Of a stretch of 56,885 nucleotides of DNA, positions 24,701 to 34,600 are shown one piece after another. The notes below the pieces were generated by a model. The model had not been told where the DNA came from and made no database searches. It saw only the letters and a program-made list of their open reading frames with translations. Position 1 is the stretch's first letter; the number at the start of each line of letters is the position of its first letter. The DNA comes from Thraustochytrium aureum (lineage: Eukaryota): NCBI GenBank assembly GCA_012862495.1, contig BLSG01000299.1, positions 87,772 through 144,656 of the forward strand. The letters run 5' to 3'. The position numbers and the translations under genes are program-made.

Positions 24701-26969
24701 TCCACCTCCTTTGGAACACTGCGCGTCGCCTCGCGTCCGCGCAAGACCCGCTGCCGGCGCTCTTCCTCTCGTCGGGTCTGTGCTCGAACGGCCAACAGAA
24801 CGCGCCGGGCCCACGCCTGCAGCCGACTGGCAGCGACGACAAACATCGACTTGCGCATGCGGAGCGCCTCCAGTCTTGCTTCCTCCAGCCGCTCCTCGCG
24901 CACTCGGAGGACCTCGCGGAGCTCCTCGAGGAGCCTAGCTTTCAGGGCCACCAGCTCGCGCGCGCCGACTAGAACGATGTTCATTTCCACCAGTGGCTGC
25001 TGCCGATTGTTGTTTGGCGGGGGTTGTAAGCCCCAAAGTAAGCGCCGTGCCAGACGGCTCGCGCACCGGCGGCGGCCTCGCACCGCTCTACTGTTGGGTA
25101 AAAGACCCGTTTCCAGGACTGGAGGGCTAGAAAGCCGACTGTATCCTTGTTCGTCTTTCGCCACGCGAACCCCCTGAACGCGGCTTGCAACAGCGACGAG
25201 CCGCGCCACTTTGCGCGAAACGTCGCGAGGTTGGCTTGGAGGCGCCTGCGCCAAATCCAGCGGCGCACCCCGCGCTGGAACCGAACGAGACGCGCAATCA
25301 CGTGCCGGTGGTTTGGGACCCTGTGCCCGCGCCACAACGCCTGCATCTTGGTTGCTGCGGCAGGTGCCACGGCACGGTATCGGATGAGCAAATACCCGAA
25401 AGAAACCCACGGCGACCGAGAAAAGCTGCGGAACCGCCTCTGGATGCAGCATGCACTAGAGTCCTCAAGTTGCAGTCGACCCTCCAGCTGATCAGTTGCT
25501 CGACGGAGCGCCGGTTTGACGAGTCTCGGGCACGCCTGCCGCACGATGTTCCAGTCCAGGTTCGGACATCCCTTGCTGGCCACGAGCCAAGTCAGCCCTC
25601 TGCAGCACTCGTCAAGCTGGACAACCTTTGGGTTGTCGCAAATCATCAGCTTCTCTGTGCAGAGTGGGGAAACCACTTTGTTCAAATTGCTATCCTCGAC
25701 GAAGGACAGTCCGCTGAGCCCGATGCTGCGCAGCTGGAGCCACGGGACGGCCCAGCCCTCAAAGCTGGTCACTTGTGAGCAGTACGAGACGTCCAAAACG
25801 CGCAGGTTTTTGCCCCGCTCCCTCACGACAGCAGCTAGACCCCTCGACGTGATGCGGGACGCTCCGCTCACGTTCAGTTCAACCAGAAAGCGCAGCCCGG
25901 ACACTTGCTCGGCAAGCGCTCTGTCGCCCACCCAAGGCGCTCCCGGCATCTCCAGCTGCTGTAGAAGCGTCGCTCGCGTCACCTCTGGCAGCGAGCGCAG
26001 CGCGCTTGCGTTTCCAACAGCAAGCCGCGATAGTTTACGGCACTGCAGCAGGATCGCCCCCAGCCCTCGTGCTCCGAGCCGCGAAATCCCGCTTACATTC
26101 AATGACTCAAGCCGCGTTAGGCGACCGATGCCTTCGCAGACGCGGCCCGTCAGCGCCGAGCAGTTGCCAAGATTGAGCTCTGCAAGGGTGTCTCGGAGCG
26201 GCGCCAGATTGGAGACACCAATGTCGGTAATCCTTGTGCAGTGCTGCAGCTCAAGCCGTCGCAGGTGAAAGAGCGACTCGGCGATCCAGCGAAGAGCCCC
26301 GTCGCACACGTCCTGGCAAAAGCTCAAGTCCAGAGTCACGACGCGCTCATGGACAACAAGCATAACGGGCTGCGTCGCGCTTGGCAAAGTCAGGAACCCA
26401 CTTCCGCAGACTCCGGGGCTAGACGCCATGCTGATGTGCCTTAACGCTCGCAGATTCTCGACGCAGTAGCTTAATCCAGCGTCAGAGACCCCAGTGCACT
26501 TTTCCACGCGCAGGTGCTCCAGGTGAGGGCACCCGTGCGCGATGGCCTGCAGGCCGAAGTCTGTCAACAGCGGTAGCCTGCTGAGGTTCAGCGACCGCAA
26601 CCTTGGGCACGTTGCTGCAATCGCCCGCGCTGCCCCATCCCCAAGCATCGCGCAGCCCGAGACGTCCAAGTGCCGCAGCGTAGCGGACAGAATCGCACGT
26701 GCAAATAAAGCCTCCGTCACGCTCGCGTCCCTGCACCGCACGACGCGCCAGTTCTCCTTAAGCTCCCGCAGCGTCTCCTCGCACCATTCTTCCTGCGCAT
26801 CTCTCCATGGCGACAGGTCCACGTTGCTCACCGCTTTGCCGAGTTGTCTGCCTCGTTGGAGCACGAGTTTCCCGTCGTGCAAACAGTACGCGTTGGACAG
26901 CACCCGGCGCCAGGTCTCGCGCCGCGGTCTCTTGCCCGCCGTCACAGGCGCTTCTTCGCGCTGGGCCAT
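21736..26969 (-). CDS. Cys-containing LRR (FBXL/AMN1-type) + IQ motifs + coiled coil + C-terminal EF-hands; probably one gene with a frameshift near 25090
   Basis: LRRs (LRHLDVSGC, LRSLNLSRL, LEHLRVEKC), IQ-like motifs (IQRRFR, MQALWRG, LQAAFRG, VQARWRG) and EF-hand loops (DTDQSGQVTMEQF, DKSGDGTMDFGE, DPAGSGFLPIASF). ORFs 24981-26969 and 21736-25452 overlap. Confidence 0.8.
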
Positions 26970-27348
26970 TTCACGCGCGCCGCGGATCCCGGCCAGCCAG
27001 CCAGCCAGCCAACGAGCCCAGCCAGCGAGCCCCGGACGCGGTCTGGCGTGCGGCCTCGCTCTTAGCGAGCGGGGTCCGAATTCGAAGACTTTTGCCCTGG
27101 CGCCGAGACGACTCTGCGAGGTCCGCGCTGGCCAGCGAGTACTGACATTCAGTCCTCATGGAAAGCGTTTCGCAGCGTGGTCTCGAGAATTCGAAAACAA
27201 CCTTTTGCCCCAGCGTCATCGCGCGCTCCAGAGCTCGCAGAGACCTACCGCTTTCGATCCCCCGCGGTTCGAGCCCACGGCAGCACGTACGTGGAGCGCT
27301 AGGCGAGTAGAGGCGGCGGAATCGCGTTCTCGCACGCTTTTGTTGGAG

Positions 27349-30300
27349 ATGTCCGGTGGATTGGCAGGAGAAGGGCGCAGCTCGAGCGCAAACTCGAGCT
27401 CGAGCCCGTCGAGCATTGCGCCGCCGCCGTCGCCGCCGCCACCGCGAGAAGAGGGAGATGCATGGCAAGGTCCGCAGCGAGGGGCTCAGGAGGAGGAGGA
27501 AGACGCGGTTGAGACCCGACGTGAGAACGTGGAGCAGGAGAAGCGGGCGAGAGCGCCGCAAAACCGAAAGGCGGAAGCGCAGGCGTGCAAGCAGTGCGGG
27601 CGAACGGACTGCAAGCGAGCCAACAGCGCAAAGTGTCCAATGAACAAGAAGCGCCACGACAAAGCTCCGTCTGGGGCTTTCGGACCGAACACCCCACCCG
27701 GTCCTCCCTTGCCGCAAGGGCTAGGAAACCTCGAGTGGGAACGCTGCCCGCAGCCCGACGAGTACGACCTCGAGTTCGCCACTGAAGCGCGGGACGCGTA
27801 CTTCATGCCCCGCGTCAAGAAACAGTGCTCCGAGATGGTGGACAAGGTCAAGAGCAAGGCAATGCAGTTCCGCGTTGACGCCGCCGAACTCAGCATTCTC
27901 CACGTGTTCATGATTATCGCTCGCCCCATTCTCGAGCTGCTCGTGAGCTGGACCAACGAGCGCATCCGCACGCAGCTCTCTGGCAGCGAACAAACCGACC
28001 TCCCTGAGTTCATGGTCTTCTTTGCGGTTTACCTTACCCTTCAGCTCAGTGGCATGAAGTTAAATCGCACGCTGGTGATGTTGAAAGGAACCGCCATCAG
28101 GCGGGTGGACATGACAGCTTCTCGCTTCTCGCAGCTCGTCAGCCAAGTCAACGCTATCAACCCTTCGCATTGCATGGCTGCAGGGAACGAGTTCGACCAG
28201 GGGGTGGACCACGTCGCGAAGATGCGAGACTTTGAGGCGACGCTCTTCCAGACAAGCCGTGCCATTGTTGGCTCTCGCAGCCAGTTTCTCGTTCTGGACG
28301 ACGAGGTAGTCGGGACATGCTCGAAAAAGGTCCAACAGAGGGAAACCAGCCACAGGAAGGCTGGCAAAGACGGGTCCAAGAACGACGCTTTGGCGGACTC
28401 GCTCTTTCGCGTCATGCAAGGTATCCGGCACGTGCACAGGCTTGACTATACCCAGATGGGCGCAGTTTCCGAGCTGCTCGCTCAGTCTGACAGTATGGGT
28501 GGCGAGACCGGCAGGCTTGCAGGAAGCGTCGGGACAAGCGATCGCGGGTACAGCAAACCTGCGCTCTGGTCTCGGTTTCTGGCTTTCGGAATGGGTTTCG
28601 TGATGGTCTGCGACACGCTGGCTCACCCGTTCACAGCCCTGAGCAAGGCCATGGTCAAGGTGGTCAGGGCTGAGGAGAGGAAGAAGGTTGAGGTTGGGCC
28701 CGCCCGTGACACGGTGCACAACGTTGCCAGCCGCGCGCACGCGGTTGGGGTTAAAGGTGTGAGCCCGGACTTCACCATCGCGGACGGCCCACACCTCGGT
28801 CGAGAGATTTTCGCCGCCAAGGCCCAGACCGAGGTCAACGGCGCGACGAAAGAGCTTATGGCAATTGCTTTTCGGGACTATCAAGGGCGCGTTTCGGACA
28901 AGTCTAGCAGGATTCTGCGCTTTGTCGAGTCCGGGACGGGCCTGAGCGGCAAGCTCGTCAAAACCATGTGCATGCACAAGCTAGCCATCCCGCGAGAGTC
29001 AGCCGTGGCCAAGCGCGTTCTGTTTTTCCCGTGCGCGACAAACAGCAAGCCCGCAGCTGTGAAGGAGGTCGAAGCTGCCTTAAAAGGTAGAGGCGTGCGG
29101 GCCTTGACGTGTTGGCAGCGGTGCGCGGACTGGTTCGTGCTTCGCCTCTTTTGCGTCACGGGGGCGACAAGCGCCCAGATAGCCCGGGCGTCGCCAGAGG
29201 CACGCGCGCTTCTTGTGAGGTCGGCTGGCATTCCCGACCCTCTGGAGGGCAACAGCGCAGATGAGGACGAAGACCCCGACGAAGAGCCTGCCGTTGTCAC
29301 AACAGGGAGCGCCGGAGTCGACGAGGGGACCGATGACGACGGCAGCGACGACGGTGACTCGGACAACGATGACGAGGCCAACGAGGAGGGCCAAATGGAT
29401 GACGAGTTGCATGCTGTCGAGGCGGCGGTGGCGGCAGCAGCAATTGCGGAGACAGCCGCTGGCCTGGCCGCGGCGAAACGCGCGGCAGCGCTGGAGTTGG
29501 AGGGTCTTGACGCGGACGAGCAGAACCGAGCAGCAGCCGAAGCGCTTGGACGGTCCTGGTTTTCAAGCGAGGCTTGTCGACGGCGGCGATGAAGACGGGG
29601 ACACTGAACGCGTCCAAAGTCTTTGACGCAGTGCAGCGGTCGCCCTGGTGCCACGACATATTTGAGGTGGGTCTCTTGGCCAGCAAGGAGCACCCGTTCT
29701 TGGCTGCGTCGAGCGATGCGGTTGCTCGGGTTCTTCCCCCGGGATCCCCGGTTGACACCGAGTCTGTCCTTGCGAGCGTCGAGTTCAAGACCAGGTCGTC
29801 GAAGCTCGCGCAACAGCGAGCGCGGGACGTCGCAACCAAGCACTCTAGTTACTTTGCCTGCCGTGTTGGCGAGGAGACCTGGTGGGAGGCTATCCCGTAC
29901 GAGTACCGCGGCCGAGTCCTGCACCAGGCAACAGTCCTCGACGTCGACCACGTCCTGTACGTAGAGAGCACCACGACCGGCGTGATCTTTGCCTGCTTGG
30001 TGGAGGTCCCCGTCGCAGCCCGGGCCACGTACCGCAACTCGTTGCTCAGGTTCGGACACCTCATGTCGTGGGCGCACGAGAGCGTTGGCAAGGCTGGGCC
30101 GCCTCCCGAAGCGCCGGCCGATTTTGACGAGGCAGCTCGTGAGGTGATCGCCTCGCACATGCGGCTCTGGCTCGCTGTGCAAAAGCAGGTCGTGGACAGG
30201 CCACTACCACCCATCAAGAACTTCAAGTCCCTTGCTCAAGTCATTTACAACGCCCTGAAGGGTGGCCTGGACGGCAACGCCCAGTATGTCGCAGCCATCA

Positions 30301-31043
30301 CGGGTCCTGCTGTGCACAAGCTAAACTTCACCCAAACGATCGTATTCCGCGGTCTGAAGCAGCTCGTTGCGAACGCATTCGTAGTGTACCGCACCGTCAA
30401 AGCGTGCACGAGCGGCGCGGCCTTCGCATTCGAGTTCACGGAGCTCAAAAAGTTCCGGGCCGCGTGCAACAAAGTCATGGACCTGAAGGATTTCGCGTAC
30501 AACCTGGCTGAATCGCTTGTCGACCAGAGTCACGACCCTCTCTTCAGCCACAGTCGCCCTGCGGCCCAAGTCGAGCAGAGGGGGCCTGTTGCAAGCGCAA
30601 TTGTTGGCGCGGGCGTCGTCGAGGTGCCTGCGAGGGGCGCGGGCGTCGTCGAGGTGCCTGCGAGGGGCGCGGACGTCATCGAGGTGCCTGCGAGGGGCGC
30701 GGGCGTCATCGAGGTGCCCTCGCAGGCGCAAGTCCGGGCCGCGCTCAAGAAACGACCGGGGCGAACGGCGCTTTTGCGCGAATTCTTTGACGAACCCGCG
30801 CCGAAGCGAATCCGATTGTGCGGTGGTCTCGACCATCACCCCATCCCGATCGGGAGCTCGAGTAGCGGTGCCGTCCGTCAGCTAAGCTGCGTGATGTGTA
30901 ATGTCATCGGTGGGCGCCAACGAGCCAGAGACATGTGCTCTGTGTGTCGAGTCCCATTGCACAACACGCGCACGGCAGGCCAAGCGATATCCTGCTTCAC
31001 CAAGTTCCACCGCAGAGAGTCGATCAAGTCACACCACAAGTAG
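27349..31043 (+). mobile_element. piggyBac-family DDD transposase-derived gene with an internally inserted YqaJ/lambda-exonuclease-like domain; frameshift at ~29570
   Basis: piggyBac-like motifs in order: LLVSWTN, EFMVFFAVYL, MTASRF, VLDDE (D ~28297-28302), SDRGYS (D 28540), YNALKGGLDG (D 30270), ANAFVVY, and C-terminal CVMC..CSVC..PLH..CFTKFH (30888-31010). YqaJ-like motifs QRCADWF.LR...TG (29116), AMKTG, GLL..KEHPFLAASSD (D 29715), VEFKT (29781) and VLHQ lie between the second and third Asp. Confidence 0.85.
30606..30720 (+). repeat. 30-bp coding minisatellite, about 4 copies, encoding GAGVVEVPAR
   Basis: ggcgcgggcgtcgtcgaggtgcctgcgagg is repeated with few substitutions inside the transposase ORF. 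Confidence 0.95.
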
Positions 31044-31644
31044 GCGCATGCGAGCTCGCAACACCAAACGAAAAAGAAACCGCGCCCGCGTTGAGCTTGA
31101 GTCGGGATTCAACACATGTCCCTGTGATTGAACTTTACGCGGTTGGGCTTGTGCTATGGACCAAATCTAAGATGCGCGCATGACCATGCCGGTGTCACCA
31201 CCCTGGTTGTTCGCGACGCTGGGACAGTGAGCTGTCGCCCGCGGGCTCAGTGCCAGTGCATCGTTTTGACTTGGTTTTTTGCTAAAAAACGCACATAGAG
31301 CAATGTGAATGTTCGGTAATAGAACAAGTTGAATGTTCATCAAGTTCCGGAATTCATAACGGAAACATGCCAACTGGGACAGTTGACGAGCAGAACACAA
31401 CCAGAACGCAGGCCAGCCAGCCTGCCAGCCAGCCAACCAGCCTGCCTTCGCGGCCAGGCCTACGCGGCCAGGCCTTGACGAGGGCCGGCAAGAGCTGCGT
31501 TGGCGCTTGTGCTAGTTGTCTCGGCGACTGACGCCTCGTGCGGGCGCTGCGCGCGCAGGCTGCCCTGAGCCGCCAGGGCGCGTTGGAGGCAAGGGCGAGA
31601 AACGCTGGCGCCGGGAGGCTGGCACTCGCCCGCGCGGCGATATC

Positions 31645-34600
31645 ATGGGCGGAGCGTACTCTGTCAACGACCTGGTGGACCCTCGAATTGATGCGCGAAT
31701 CGAAGCGTCCGAACACCGCGCACGGCTCGAAGAGACGTTTCGCGAGTGGGGCCTTGAAGACGTACTAGATGTTGTGCGCGTCGTTAGGACTTCAGCGGGC
31801 AACCCGGAAAAGGAGGTTCGCAAAGCAGATCGCGTCAGGTGGCCAGTGCTGTTCAAGGCACTGGAAACCACCGAGCACGCGCTTTCTGAGCGACTCGAGA
31901 ATCGCAGAAGAACCACTTTCCACCCGGCTTGCCATGGGTACGCAATGGCTCTAGCAGCACCCAACTCGCCAGCGCCACTCGCCGAGTCTGGCTTTGCCGA
32001 CACGGCGCAAGACGGTCCCGGCTCGGCGCGCGCATTGCATACAGAGTCTGGGCATGAAGAGTCTGAGAACGGCGGAGCTGAAAACGACGAGGACGAAGGG
32101 CAGGAGGAAGTGGACGGCGACAGCGCTCAAGCTGAAGCAAACGACGAAGCAGCGCTTCAAGAAGCAGAGGCAGCTGCCGAGGGAGTAGTCGACGGTACTG
32201 ACTCGGCACAGAGCCCAAGAACCGTGCAGCTCAATCGCGCGCTCGACCCAGCAACAACGAACCCTGTATTCTTCGGCTACTCTGTCATAACTGCAGCGCA
32301 GGAGGACGCCGCGAGGCGGGCCGCCTTTGAGGAAAGCTGGGAGCGCGCCCAAGTTGAAGACAAGGAGGGGGAAATGCTTCAAGATGAGGAGGCGGAGATC
32401 CGAGAGCGTCACGAACGTCGTACGAACAAGTCCTCACGGGAAAGAAGCGTGTACTGGAAAAAGGTCGAAAAGGAGCGCGGCGATATCGCACAAAACTCCA
32501 AGCGTGAGCGCGCCGCTGCGCGCAAGGCAATGGCCGACAAAGAATACTCGCAGTTCATCCGCGAAATGGACCTGGCCGATGCAGCCAACGAAGCCAAATG
32601 GAAGCAAGAAGACTTGAAACGAAAGGCGGAGCAGCACAAGGAGGACAACGAGGAGCGGCGGCGGCTCAAAAGCGAGCTCGCAGACAACGCTGCACGGCTG
32701 GCCGCCTTCCTACAAGAGCGTGACGCGCCGAAAGGCGAAAAGCTCGTGGAGCAGAACGAGCATCTCCTCCTCCAGCGGCGCGAAGAGCAGCGGCGACTCA
32801 AGAACGAGGCTGGCTTGCGGCACATTGAGCTTCAAGAGGCCATCAAGTCCGCCGGGAAAAACGCAGACAAGAACCCGCATCGGTCCATGATCATGGTGGC
32901 CGAAGGCGAGCTGAAAAAGGCCGAAGCCGCGCTCAAGGAGGCATCGGACAGTCTTGCTACGCAAGAGGTAGAGCTGGAGCGAGCACGCGCGATGGAGGCA
33001 CGTGAGGCGCGATTTGTCTCCCTCTACCACGCGCTCGCTGACACCGACGCAGAACTCGGCCTTCTGGCGTACTCTATGGAGACGATTCGCGTTGGGTTGC
33101 TCCTAGTCATATCGTGCAAGGTGGTCTTGCAGAAAAAGCTCGACCTCGTCTTCGATCTGTTCTGCCCTCGCGGCGGGGACACTCTAAGCGAGGCAGACGT
33201 GCTCCGCGTCTTGGAAACGACGGTGCGCGTGCTCGAAGATCTTGGCGGTTGCCTTGCCACACCGCAGAGAAGGAGCGTCTTGGACCCGGCCAATGCCGAA
33301 CCCGACACTGGAGCTCAGGACGAGGAAAAAGTCAATGCTGATGCCGACGCAGCAACTGGGCCAAGGAGCCCAAAGGAAAAGCACGAATCTCGCAGCAAGC
33401 GCTCGAAGAAGAAAAGCAAGTCGAGCGTGCGCCGCAAAGTCGCGCGCCGCTGCCCTCGCGAGTTTCTCGAAAGCGTCGCCAAAAGGCAGTTTGACCTGGC
33501 CAGGGTACCTGCACAGGCGCCAAAACCTGCTGATGATGGAGCCGCGGAGGGGGGGGCAGACCCGGGAACTTGGCGCCGCGGCCGGGTCATGACCCGGTTC
33601 GAATTCGTCGCGTGCATGCACAAGTTAGTCGCCGTGTCTCAAGACCTCTCCAGCGTATTTGGCGTTGCCTGGAAGTACGCCAACATGAGCCGCTGGCAGC
33701 TCACGCGCATGTCTTACATCCAAAAGTACGAGCTGGGGATGCTGACGCTCGACGACATGAACAAGAGGTTTGCACGGCTCTGGGTAACGCACCGGCCCGC
33801 CCTCTCCGAGTCCCGCAAGGTGGAGATGCACGAGCGCGCCCTAGCGATGGGAGCCAACGATCCGCTCAAGCCCGATTACGCCAAGTTTCTGAAAAAGCGC
33901 AAGCACCGCCTCCAGAGCAACGTGGTCCCGCTCGAGCACGGGGCGCTGGGCAATATTCTCCACTACCGCGAAAGGCTCCTATACGACTCGGCGATGCTCG
34001 TGCAGGCCGCATGGCGAGCGAAAATGGGGCGCCGGCGTGCAGAGCTGGAGACAAAGCGCCGCGCTTTCTTTGCGGCATGGGACGCCGCCAAAGAAGAGTC
34101 TCGCGCCAAGGTACAGCGCGAGTACGCCAAGCGCGAGGCGCAGCCTTCGGGCGGGGTAGGCCGCATGAAGTGGGACGCAAAAGTGCGAATGAAGCAGGTC
34201 AAACTCCGCACCAAGGGCCAGACCCTCTCTCGAGAAGAGGTCGTCGCCCTCCTGGTTGAAGAAGAAGTCCGGGTCGCGCACGAGTCTGTGAACGAGCACT
34301 TTGAACGCATGAAGATGGATCGTGGACTCAAGAGCGACGAAGAGGTTGCGCAGGAGCGCAAGGAAGCCGAGGAGCTTCTCAAGGCCGCCGCGTTCAAGTC
34401 TGTGATCGCCACGGGGGTGATCAACGTCAAAGAGAAATCTGAGCGCGAGATCCTTCGCGAGGGGCGGCGCAAGCAGCGCAAGCTCCGCCAGGAGGCTGAG
34501 CGCGAGTGGGTCAAGCGGCGGGCCCTGGCCAAAAAGGGCTGGGACCCCGACAACCCAGAGACGTACCAGCTCGAAGAGCCCCTGACCCTGGAAACAAGGC

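Noticed and set aside
27255..27290. GGTTCGAGCCC B-box/T-arm-like hairpin upstream of the transposase
   Set aside because: No matching acceptor stem, D-arm or anticodon arm could be built, so it is not called as a tRNA.
26542..27348. N-terminal extension of ORF 26542-29592
   Set aside because: It overlaps the antisense strand of the LRR gene and a microsatellite. ATG 27349 is the plausible start.
27144..31340. Candidate TIR matches (acattca/tgaatgt and cccagcgtc/gacgctggg)
   Set aside because: Only 7-9 bp long, not extendable, and not flanked by TTAA or another target duplication.
26991..31446. (GCCA)n tracts on both sides of the transposase as a possible target-site duplication
   Set aside because: The same microsatellite occurs near many other gene starts in the window, so it is not specific to the element.
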